A DNA stretch of 64,000 nt from Hormiphora californensis. Lineage: Eukaryota > Animalia > Ctenophora. This document shows, one piece after another, positions 1 through 14,800 of the stretch. Both the position numbers and the translations under genes were made by a program. Under the pieces are notes generated by a model that ran no database searches, had not been told where the DNA came from, and saw only the letters and a program-made list of their open reading frames with translations. Where the stretch lies: contig CM035352.1 of the NCBI GenBank assembly GCA_020137815.1, positions 2,604,001 to 2,668,000 on the forward strand, given 5' to 3'. Position 1 is the stretch's first letter; every line of letters begins with the position of its first letter.

Positions 1-482
1 CTTTATCTAAAAAGTCTACACAGGGCGGACTCTTTATCTAAAAAGTCTAAACAAAGTGGACTCTATATCTACATAAATCTAAATTAGATATAGAGTCCGC
101 CTTTCGCCGCGAACTCGAGATTTCGGCCGTTAGGCCGGAAACGAGAGTTTGCTCTACCCCTATACTAATTTAGAAGTGTTAGGGCCGTTATTTGGGTTCG
201 AGGTTAGGGTTAGGGTTAGTGTTAGGGTTAGGTTTTGGGTTGGGTTAGGATTTTAGACATAGAGTCCGGGTTGGAGGATTTGGCGCCAAAATGTACTAGA
301 GGACTCTATATCTAAAAATTCTACACAGTACACAGGGCGGACTCTTTATCTAAAAAGTCTACACAGGGAGGACTCTTTATCTAAACTTTTTTCAAAATCT
401 AACTGTAGATAAAGAGTCCGTTTTTAGATATAGAGTCCGCCTTGGATTTAGATAAAGAGTCCGTTAGCACTAGAGTCCGCCC
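1..482. repeat. Repeat element built of ~30 bp GGCGGACTCTTTATCTAAAAAGTCTACACAG units in both orientations, with an internal (TTAGGG)n-like tract
   Basis: Units at 1-75 and 300-385; inverted TAGATA(T/A)AGAGTCCG units at 86-101 and 405-481; GGGTTAGGGTTAG tract at ~195-250. Lies in a BCKDHB intron and runs off the window start. Confidence 0.7.
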
Positions 483-529
483 ACCTCTGGAGGGATATCT
501 GGATAAACTGAGTTCTGAATTGTAAATAC

Positions 530-3623
<3,094 letters not shown>

Positions 3624-3843
3624 GGCACTAAACTAAAAAGGATGTTAGGATTGGGATGGTGTCTAGCTTGCACCCGACCCTTCTTTGCTGTCACTCAGAG
3701 ACGTTCTGAGAGAATTGAAAAGGGGTCAGAAACGTTCTGACAAGGTGTGTTTAGGAGAATAAAACTCTGGTGAAGATTAGTTTTTCTAAATCATGTCAAA
3801 AGAATGTTGAGTAGATAAAAATACATGAAGTGAGGGAGAGTAG

Positions 3844-5027
3844 TTAGTCCGTTATAACCCGGGTATACTGGTAGCTCGTTCGATCTCTTATACTCTCAGA
3901 GTGTGCCTTGTATTCCAATTTGGTGTGTGGGGGCAGCTGGAGGACTCTCTTTAGCGTGTCCCGAATCCTGCAACATGAACAATGTTAATTTCCAGTGCAA
4001 ACTCCATACATCGGGAGGAGCGATAGGGGAGCCGTATAAAGGTTTCGGATTTTAGGCCAGAAATTAATTGTTTTCATCGTTTGAGGCATTTATGTTCCGC
4101 CACCCCCACCCCTGGAGACTAGATGGGTGCCCTAATTAGTAATTATTCTATCCCGGGGCATTGTCAAGGACCCACTGTAACTGTCAGTACAATGTCTGAC
4201 AAGGGACAGTAATTAACTCACCTAATACAAGTTTTCTGGTCAGCTGCGTTCCTGTTCCACAACGATAATAGTCCCTCATTCCAGCGAACTGATAATCGAG
4301 CACCACATATCTCAGGGCCAACCATAAACTGTTCACCTGTCACAATCAATATGTTGTATTACCCGATTCGAGTAAATATAAGCGGTTGGAAAGTGATTTA
4401 AAAAGTGTTTACCCCGTGTTCACATTGATCTATAGAGTCTATTATACCGTCCATACACTATACAGTCTATAACACATAACTTTTTTGTTCAAACTCTTTA
4501 GGGGCGCGGGGAAGGAGGGTCGAACAAGGCAAACATAAACATACCTAGCATAGCAAGTACAAGTAATTCCCACACTTTTGAGATCAAGTTTTTCCTGACC
4601 CGGATGATCCAGGTCCCACCATGGGCATTAGCCTCATCCTCCCAAAAGGGTTGGATGTCACTTCTAAAGATGCTGATATCACAGGGCTTCAGGTCACTTG
4701 GTCTTTTCATCCAACTGAAGAGAGAGAGAGAGAGATTACTAATACTAATGTAATAGTCAACAGATAGGGATCGAGTTAATAATCATAGGTCGACAAAAAC
4801 CAATCAGCGCAGTAAAAAGAGGGATGGGGATAAAACAAGAAACTAAATGATAGAAACAAGTTATTTATTAGATAATATCTAGATATATGTTACCTGTAGA
4901 GTTCCCAGAATTGTTCCACTGTCCTGAAAGTACCCACTTTATCCAAGACACTCTTATAGTTTGAATTCTGCTTCTTCCATCCAAACCAGATGGTGTAATC
5001 GTGTTCCAGAGGATGTTGATCTGTCAT
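3844..5027 (-). CDS. EIF4E2: Class II eIF4E (4EHP) cap-binding protein
   Basis: Exons 4894-5027, 4545-4714, 4222-4336, 3844-3967: HPLEHDYTIWF..VEQFWELY, IQPFWEDEANAHGGTW, GEQFMVGPEICG, RIRDTLKRVLQLPPHTKLEYKAH. Tyr at the W43/W56-equivalent positions indicates class II. Confidence 0.92.
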
Positions 5028-5374
5028 GCTAAAACGGGTGAAGTTGGTTGTTGTTATAATTGTGTCCGGCAGGGGTACTGTGTCAGTGACATGGATCCAC
5101 AAGCGGTACTCCAACAGCCAGCAGGTACAGAGTGCGCGCGAAATAGTTATGGCATGTGTCGCCGCGCGTGCGGTGCCCGTAACAAGAAAAGTGTGACCGA
5201 GGGAGAAAGTGCACCAGTAATGCTGCAAAGGCAAGAACAACGAATAAAAGGATACCTCTAGAATATTGAATTATTACAAAATGAAATGTAATGTGATATG
5301 CAACTATTTACAGAACGAGTATAAAAATATTAAAACATCCAGTGCCCCTCGAAAAACCAGCTGTGTGTGTAATC

Positions 5375-5944
5375 CTATGTGAACCACCCTTCCTCCCTAT
5401 CAAACCCGATATGTCGATCAGAAATTCCTAATTGATCAATTAACTTCTCCATATCCAAGTTAGTTTCCTGGAGTTTAGCTCGGGTGAGCAGTCTCTCCAG
5501 AACCTCCTGACTAACCTCCCTCCATTTCAGGACCCATTCCTTAATCCGGGCTTCTTCCCCTGACCTCCTTGACTTCTCAAGATGTTCATACTTTCGAAGC
5601 AAACTCTTTTTCTCTTCGACTTTCTTTTTCAACTGAGTTAGTTTGATATGATCTGCGGAACTCATCCCACCTCCAGCCTCTTTCCCACGGTTAAAAGGGG
5701 ACTGAAATGCACGACGCTTTTGCCGTACTGGCGTCTTGAACACGGGTGATGGGGAAACCTCGTTGGTAGCTGAACCAGTATCAGGGGATGGTGGGATGTT
5801 CTGGGTGTTATCTGGTGTTTGGGAGACAGAAGGAGGAGGGGAGGAGGGATCAACCTTCTGCCGTTTTGAAAGTTCATTGTTGTCTGTTTTGAAGGGGGAC
5901 ACAAAGGGAGTTGGTCCACCGCTGGATGATTTGCGACGTTTCAT
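5375..5944 (-). CDS. SFR1: Swi5-dependent recombination factor SFR1/Mei5-like (single exon, 189 aa)
   Basis: F-x-S/T-P repeats, coiled coil, C-terminal KWREVSQEVLERL..MEKLIDQLGIS..IGFDREEGWF typical of Mei5/Sfr1. Confidence 0.8.
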   Translation of the reverse strand: MKRRKSSSGGPTPFVSPFKTDNNELSKRQKVDPSSPPPSVSQTPDNTQNIPPSPDTGSATNEVSPSPVFKTPVRQKRRAFQSPFNRGKEAGGGMSSADHIKLTQLKKKVEEKKSLLRKYEHLEKSRRSGEEARIKEWVLKWREVSQEVLERLLTRAKLQETNLDMEKLIDQLGISDRHIGFDREEGWFT

Positions 5945-6216
5945 GCTACAATAGGAAACGTGGGGATTAGCAGAGTTGGCAGAACTTCAATAAAAGTAAG
6001 AAACGAGGTTGATCAAATAACAGGGAGACTTCTCGAACAGATTTTGACAAAACATCAAAATCTGGTAATAATAATAGCTGTAATGCAAAAATAAAAATTG
6101 TAAAATTACAAAACAGGATCTTTAATATTAGTGAGTAGGAATTGATAAATAAAATTATCGTCTAGTTGTTTACGGGGGACTGCTTAGGGGTTACTAAAGG
6201 TATATCATTATTATGA

Positions 6217-8322
6217 CTAATCATTGTCTGCACTTTTTATTCCATCTAGAATGCTCTGAAAGTAGGCCTCAGGGTCCCTGAAGAGTTGACGTGACGAGGA
6301 GGCTCTACCCTTTCCCTTCTTAGAGGTAGAGGATGAGGTTATAACCGGATTACGATAGGCCTTTCTTACCGGGCTTTTATTCGTTCTTGGACTCTTTCTG
6401 AAAGGGACCAAGGTTTGATAAAAATTCATCAAATTACCCCAGTAGAGAGATAGATAATAGAGCTAAGAAACCCAAAAGCATCTGATGACTTAAACAATTG
6501 TGTATTTGATTTTTGAAAGCTTCTATTATTTCAGAACCTCTACAGGTAAGTTTGATAAAATTCGTCAAATTACCTCAGTGAAGAGATAGCGTTCTAGGAA
6601 ATAGGAATCCCGAAAGCATCTGATGATTTAAACAATCGTAATGGAACAGCTACTACCTATCAGGTAATATTTTGGTGACAACATACCGTGTAGAGAGCCA
6701 CTTTCCTGAGGTACTAGGACTACCACTGGTTGATATGGGGATACCAGGCTTCTGAATCTTTACTGAAATTAGATGGATTGGAAATGTGTTAACTAAGGGT
6801 GGTTTACACCGCATTTTATTTCATAAAATCTGTGTCATCTGTGAGGGTTCAGGGTAGATCAATGTCAACTGTCTCTATTCTTACGTTTTCTTTTCTTAGC
6901 GAGATTATTGAGACGTGCCCACTTGGTTTCCTTGGTTACATTCCGCCGCGTCCCCCGAGGTGACTTCCTAGTACTTGTCTCCTCTGATGTAGCTGCCTGA
7001 GAGGAACTAGCAGCAGCAGCAGCGTTACTGCAGTGCCCACTATGTGGTAGATCACTACTTTCTTCACTATCGGAGCTGAACACCCTCCGTCTCTTGCGGG
7101 ATGCAATGGAGAAGGAAGGGGGAAGCTGGGGCGGTTGGGAGGCCAGGTTTGCATCGTCGATGAAGTCCTGATCTGTCGCTCTTTCCTCGTCTTCACTGGG
7201 TGGATTTTGGAAATTTAGAAGTTGAAGTGATGTAGTTAGAATCAGTATAATAGTTAGAGTAATATAGGAGGTTGGGGTGGAACTAAGAAGACGAAGTGAC
7301 ACTGTGTATTACAAAGACCAAGAAAATATACTAAATCTAATCCACAATGGCGAGATCACAAAAACTAAAAGAATTCTAAATAGTTAGAGTAGGTTGATGT
7401 TTCAAATTTCCATCTGATATCACACACAAGGCAACAAAATCAACTTATTAAAGGTTGACAAGATACCTAAAACTTTTCGTATATCGTCTTATTTTGATTT
7501 ATCATTAATTTTCAGCATTTTTTCAGAATTTTTTGTCGGCTAGAAAAAAAATCGAAATAGGGGGTCTACCGATATTGTCAGCACTGGTTTTACTGGGCAC
7601 ACTCACTGCGTCTCGCAAATTGAAATTCACGTTTCCGGTTCCTCAAAAGATAAAGACTTGATCTTGGTTGCGTTGGATTGGTCTCAATAAGACCTTTCCA
7701 ACGCTACCAAAACGGTTTCTGTATCTCATCAGGAACCGGAGATATTACGGTATCAATTTTAAAAAAGGCACACTCATTTTTCAGTAGACCCCCTATTTTG
7801 CACATATTTCTAGCCGACAAAAAATTCTGAAAAAATGCTGAAAATTAATGATAAATCAAAATAAGACGATATACGAAAAGTTTTAGGTATCTTGTCAACC
7901 TTTAAAATAGTTTTAACTTGTGTCAATACCTGCTGACATAGGGTGAACCCTCATCTGAACTTTCCTCTGTAAAACGACTCTTATCCTTTACAAATACCTT
8001 CTCTTCAGTTCGATCAGTCGTAAAATCAACCTGGAACATAACATGATATTAACTGAGGCAAAATCCCCAACTAATAATGATGATGACCGATGTACGACTC
8101 AATAGTTACCTTTGTTATACATCGGAATACTTTCTTGCACTGTGGACACGAGTTGTTTAGTTTCGACCACTCAATCAGACACGTAAAGCAATAGAGGTGG
8201 GAGCATGGTCCCACTTTCCCACGCTTCACAACGTCATCCAGACAAATTCCACACTTGGTTTCCCCCTCAGATACAGGCAGGGGAGTTAGACGTTTAGATT
8301 TAGCCTTACGAGGTTTACTCAT
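6217..8322 (-). CDS. N-terminal RING-HC (C3HC4) protein with basic, Ser-rich tail
   Basis: CGIC..CSHLYCFTC..W..CPQC in exon 8110-8322; phase-consistent exons 7930-8030, 6885-7195, ~6686-6762, 6217-6397. Confidence 0.75.
7452..7901. mobile_element. MITE with ~95 bp TIRs, AGG..CCT termini and TTAA target duplication (Kolobok/T2-type)
   Basis: TTAA|AGGTTGACAAGATACC..GGTATCTTGTCAACCT|TTAA; arms near-perfect; intronic in the RING gene. Confidence 0.85.
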
Positions 8323-8877
8323 TCTATAGATGGGGAGATGAGATTGTAGGTTGGGACTTTGGAGATTGGAGAATGATCAAACACGATTTAACTAGATAAA
8401 TTCTGTCGAAAAGTAAAGAAAAAAGACCCCAATATATTCAAATCATTGTATTCAAACAATAATCCTCTCGTTTTACCCTATTCGGAAAAAACACGATATA
8501 CAATTTTTTGTGTCAATATAAGAAATTACAATTCACTATTATCGCCGGTGTAATACATGGAAACACAAAACATACTGGTAAACATAACGTCAGCTCACTA
8601 CTGACTACAATGATGGTGCGACATTTCTATCACTCTCTTTCTCACTCTCTTCTCTCCCTCTCTCTCTCTCTCACCCTTGTTTGTACAACGACTTAACCAG
8701 CGAAATGACAAACATAATACTCATAGGCAACTCAAACTAGGTCTCTTTATACTAGCTAAAGTACAGAATTAAAGTTGGAAACAAAGAAATAGAAATAGCA
8801 GAAAATTATCGCTGCTAAGTACTAACTCAGTACTGGATTCTGGAAACTCGTCAGATTATCAAGCCAAACTCCGCCCA

Positions 8878-11800
8878 CTACTCTCCATTAGCGGCGAGAT
8901 CAGAATTAATCTCAGCAGGATTGGCGGTGTAACTAGGTGCAACATTAGGGGATACAGCAAGGGCAGACAGTCCAGATACCACCTCACTCTCTCCCTCCCC
9001 TCCTGCCCCGCTGATATCCTCACCAAAATGTACTGGAACCTGGAGGGATGATGTGTTTAGAGTTTAGAGAAACAGTCAATAAACTGTTATTAGTTCTGTC
9101 TAATAATATGCCTCTCTTCAATCTCTAAATATCTCCAAATATATCTGTATCAAACTCGGACTTCCTTATTACCTTGACAACCGAGGCCATCTCCTTCTCC
9201 CCCTCCTCCTCATCACCCCCCTCCCCCTCATAATAATAACTGAACGGTTTGGCAGGCTGGGTCAGATCAGTGCCCGTCATTCCACCGATACTATTGGCAG
9301 GCACCATCCTCACACTATTCTTGGTAACACACACGTCATCCAGCGAGGCACCCTGTTTAGCCGATACTACACCATTTGATGCCCTCTCCTGGCTCCTCTC
9401 ACCAAGAGAATTCTCACGGGGAAACTTTCCAACCTGAAATTAAATTAGTTAAAAACTTATCATACGTTTATCATTAAAAACTTATCATAAATTATTTTGC
9501 GAATCTCTCTAATTGTGAGATATCTATCTCTCCTGCTATGAGTGGTAGTACAGCCTCTGCTTCTAGTTTCAAAGACCGGCTGAGAGTGTATAGCGATGAA
9601 AGGGTACAGAGAAGTGTGTATGGTGAAGTGCAGGGAGAGTTATTTGACCTGGTACGGGACCTGTTTACACATGCTGGTGCCAAGGACTCTTTCCCGAAAA
9701 GTTTGACTGCCGGACGTAGTGCGTGGGATAGCTTGAAATGTCCCAGCAAGAGTAAGATCAAGGGGATTAAGAAGCCTGAACTGGATGATTTCACGGAGAA
9801 GGTGTGCCGTTTCTTAGTGGAGAGATGTTACCCACTACTTGACCGACTGAGTAATGAAGTTGAGGACAGTGAGAGGAGGATATTGGATAGTCAAGAGGAG
9901 TTGATTGCTTCTCAGCGAGCATTGGTGGAGGCCCAGTCCCAGCTTGTTAAGTTACAGTGTCAGTTACTTGAGAAACGTGATAAGGAGATAACTGCAGTAC
10001 AGTCTACAGCAGAGGAGGAAATCAAGACGTTTTCTTCTGTACTCAAGAAGGGTTGTGATACTGCCCTAGCTCCGAAGCGAATTCGTACAGCAATAACTAG
10101 TGCTACAGAGGACAGGATGAACAATTTGATTGTCCATGGTTTGTTTGATGACAAGGATGAGACCAGCAAGGATCTGGAGAATATAGTTGGACGAATGTTT
10201 GATTATATGGGTGAACGTGTGACTGGTGTTCAAAGTATGACACGTCTGGGAAGGTTTAAGGAGGGATCTGACCGGCCCCTTAAACTTCATTTGTGTGGAA
10301 GGGAATTTCGGGACCGGATTTTGGCTTGCAAGAGTGGTCTGAAGAACTCTGAGGATCATAAGGACGTTTATTTATCCCCAGACCGTTCCCCTGAGGAGAG
10401 AGAGGAAAGGCGAAAAGTGGTGACTGAGCTGAAGGAGAGGAAGGTGGCGGAACCTGGGAGGAACTTTGCAATCAGAGGTGGTAAGGTGGTGGATTTGGAA
10501 GATTGATTGTGTGGGCGTGTGTGTTGGACTGTTTCTGTTCTGTTGTGGTTTAACCTAATTAGGATTGTTTTGTGACAGTTGGATGAGCATCGGAGTTCTG
10601 GACACTTAACGGAATTTGGACATTTTTGATATATATTTAATAGATTTTTAGGACGTATCTATAACTATGGTAAACCGCTCTGATTACTCCGTAGCACTAG
10701 GATTTAAAATGCGTGTGTTATACGGGGTCTGAGCGTGTATACAAGTGTGGTTATTATTATTATTATTAAATTATTCATTTCACCAAATTATCCTTTATAT
10801 ATCATGGCCAAACTTATCAAGATCATGGTTACCTGGAGTCTCTGGAGACTTTCAGTACGGGGTTTATCCTCCGGGATGGGATCAATCTCCAGAATTGGGG
10901 CTCTCTCAATCTGGTGCTCGTCATCGTACCCCGCAATGTGGGCCACCTGAACACATGTGTTGGATAAATGGGACACAAAGTACAGTTCTAAACGATTTGG
11001 TTTTTAGTACTTTGTGTACTCTTTGTCAAGTAAGCACCAGAACACGGCCGACGGTCGAGCAATTTGGTGACAAATATCTAAAATCAATCAGAAAAAATAT
11101 ACAACAACTATATATGTTGTTTACCTACCTTTAGTACAAGTTCGTCACCACAGGAGCTGAGACACTTTACTGCCTCACTGTGAGACATGGTACGGAGGTC
11201 GAACTGGTTGCAGGTCAGGATCGCATCACCAACGTACAAACCACCAAACCTGGGGTAGTTGTATTACAGTAGGACCCCGATTTACCGGGCCCCGATTTAC
11301 TGGGAGAAACCCTTTCCCCCGAGCATTCCGGTAAATTGGGGTTCGAATTATAAAAACTAATTACAGGCCACTGCCAAGTGATGTCTTGTCTAACAAATTC
11401 CATCTCCCTGTAATGACCATGACGCACAATAACAAGAGTCGCTAATCATAGCGTCTAGATGGGGCGACACAATGGTACCATTATTATAGCCGGTGCTGTT
11501 CACTGACAATAGTTCACTACGCGTAGGTCAAATAGTGCTCAGGTATTAGTTAAAACTTTATTAGTTTCCACATGTGGGTACATGTTCCCAAATTGAACAA
11601 ATTTAGATAAAAGATTCAAATTTACTACTTTAGTTACCTATCAGCCGGTTTTCCAGGTATCACTGCAGAGATAATTACAGGTGCTCTGTGATCCATACCA
11701 CCCTGAAAAATATTGAGGGTCAAATGAAGTCCAGGGTGAAAATATGTCTGAAGGAGAAACTAGGGGTCGATATATGTAGAGGATAATATGTAAATATAGA

Positions 11801-14800
11801 GTGAATGGTGACTGAGAGTGACTCTTCTCACACTACTGCCTTACAATCGACACACACATGCTCTCTTCTGTGCTCATTTCTCTGTTGTCGATGGGCGAGG
11901 GGAAGATGTAAAAAAAGGGAGAGATAGATAGAGGGGAGAATTTAAGTCCTTGTCATTGTGTAGTGTAATATAAACGGTCCCTTTTTCTATTTGACTACAG
12001 ACCCATTACTTTTCTTTTTACTGTATATATATTCGTCTCATGAGATGCCGTCCCTGTGTGGGCGTGTGTGAACTAACCAAATTCATGTAAATATTTGATC
12101 TGATGTTACTCTACAATATACCCTAGATGCGAGGAATGCAGATATAGGCTTTTGTTTTGTCTTCTCTGTAACAGGTGCGTCAATTTTTAGGCGGCCTTAT
12201 CTCTAACTTTACGGGGGGGGGGGGGGGACACACTGCTTTGGGTAGCCACGGGAACTCAATTAATGATCACGTGTGATCTTGCAGTTCAAGATGTAATACC
12301 ATGTAATTGCGGACAAATTCCGGACAAATTCTGGGCATATACCGCTATCTTGGTAGTGAGTGTGATCATATAAATTGAATTCCAGTGCTGCTGTAACCTG
12401 TATGAAGTACTCAATCCTCTTCCTCTTTTTTGTGATCTGCTGCCGCCCTCTTTTGATACTCTCGCTTTTCCGAAACCTTATTAGGGGCAATCATGTGAAT
12501 TGATCATTGCTTGTGTCACCATCAAGACCGCCTTAGTGCGTAGAAAACACCGCTGTACTGTTGGTCAGTAGTCAGGATTGCTGCCTACTCCTTGTATTCC
12601 TTTTTACAGAATGATCATAGTAATTCGAACCTCAATCTGAACCACACCCCTTATAACCAGTCTCTCTACCTTACCTACGCGACCGCATGGCACAATATCC
12701 GTCCCATTTCTGTAGACATTACTTTAGATTAGAATGGGTCATTTTCTTACACTGTGGCCTGTGCTATCCTCTTCTCTCGCGAATACCGAATTTGTCATTT
12801 TCGTCCGTACTGTCGGTAGATTGATCTTAATACACTGAATTTAATACACTGATTTTAGTTTAAATGCTGATCCACTAATTGTATTTAATGCAAAGGTCAA
12901 AGGACAAAACAAGACTAGTCCCCTCTGACCTCACTCAATCTATCTAGTTAGGGGGCGTATCTTTAATGCGGCTGTGGTCATGGATCGATGGTGCCGCTAT
13001 TACATACATCTCTTAATAATTTTCCATCGAACCCCGTCTATCTCCCGCTAGCATTTCTTAACTTCATCTCGCAACATAATCAGATAGCTTCCCACTTACA
13101 CCTTGCTTGGCTGATGCGGCTACCTGATGGGAGAGTGGGAAGTGCAGTCTCTGCTTAGTAACCTGTGAATTATGTTGCACCTGGTCATCATCTCAGAAAG
13201 ACTGGAGTGGGGACACTTCATCTCACTGTGTAATCTCCCAATAAATAACTTCCGATATCGCGGAAAGGTTTTTGCAGATGATGGTCAAGACTGCGCCAGA
13301 AAGACGGGAGTGGGGGCACCTCATCTCACTGTGCAATTTCCCAATAAATAACTATTAACTTCCGATATCGCGGAAAGGTTTTTGCAGATGATGGTCAAGA
13401 CTGCGCCAGAAAGACGGGAGTGGGGACACCTCATCTCACTGTGCAATTTCCCGATAAATAACTTCCGATATCGCGGAAAGGTTTTTGCAGGTGATGGTCA
13501 AGACTGCGTCCATTTTCCAGCCACAAGACAATTTGGCCGACGGGAATAATATTCCTGTATTCCTCACTTTGGGACACCGGGGCCTATATTCTGCATAAAA
13601 GGGCGTAGTCACTGGTCGGACGTGCAATTCTTGGTATTGAGCAGCCCATTGAATCCTTGGAAATAAATAAAAGCGCCATCGGGTCTCGATAGGTCGCAAC
13701 AAAACTTTGTGGTGAGTCGCATCACGCGTTCGGGGGGGGGGGGGGGTGCAATATAAAACATATAAAAGCGAGGAACTAAACTCCGTCTTTCACCACATGT
13801 AGTTTCTCACAACTTTTAGTGAGGACCGGGAATTGTGTAATCGATATATCTGCACCTGCTATATAGTGCTATATAGTGATTACCAGCAGTGCACCTGACA
13901 GAAGCCCCCCTCTCAGCTCTTACTGCAGCATTACACCTGTTTACTTCTCGTGTGTGTGTGTGGGAGGGGGATGGGAGTGATGACCTCCTTTCTCAGTGTG
14001 CCCACCAGTCAGCACTTAGGCTCTGTTACTATATTAAATGTCGTAAGATACCTGCTGCCTTTAATTATCTATACCTGCTGCCTTTAAATATTTCAGCTCT
14101 CCATTGCATCTTGTTGGTGATACATTTTCCCTTTCCCAAATCCCATGATGACTTGTGATTTGAAATATTCTAGCCATCCACTGTTGTTGTAACTTATCAA
14201 TCTATCTGATAGCCGACATTACAAATTCATGTTCGATTTTCTGACCAGTCCCGACATGAACGGTCCGCTTATCTTCAAGAACAAGACAAAGACTCAGGAG
14301 CTTTTAGCAGACTACGGTAAGAACACTTATAATAACCTAGAGAGGTCCTGATCATATCTCATTATAATAACCTAGAGAGGTCCTTTTCGAGATGAACTCA
14401 ACTATTAATACACCTTGATAACAAATAGACATTGAATTAATATGCTAACACAATCTCTGTTTCAGCTGCTGCTAAAGATTTCAAGAACAGCTACCAGAAG
14501 ACAGACTCACAAGTTGAAGGTAAGCAGTTCCCCATACATTTGCAATCGATTTACCGGCTATGAATCTCTTTCTCCGACAAGCCCAAATAAACTTATGAAT
14601 TACTGTTAAAATCATGTCTATTGTTTGCAGCACGGGAGAAGAGGGAAGAGACAGAAAAGAAGCGAAGAGAAAAGGAAGAGGAGAGCAAAAAGGAGAGGAA
14701 TGATGCTGCAACAACGGCAGTAGTGTTACTCTCATCCAAAAACAAATCTTCAGGGAAGAAGAAATGAACACTAGACTGGATCTAGACTGTTTCTGCGTGT

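Noticed and set aside
195-250. True telomere
   Set aside because: Short, degenerate and intronic, with the gene continuing past it.
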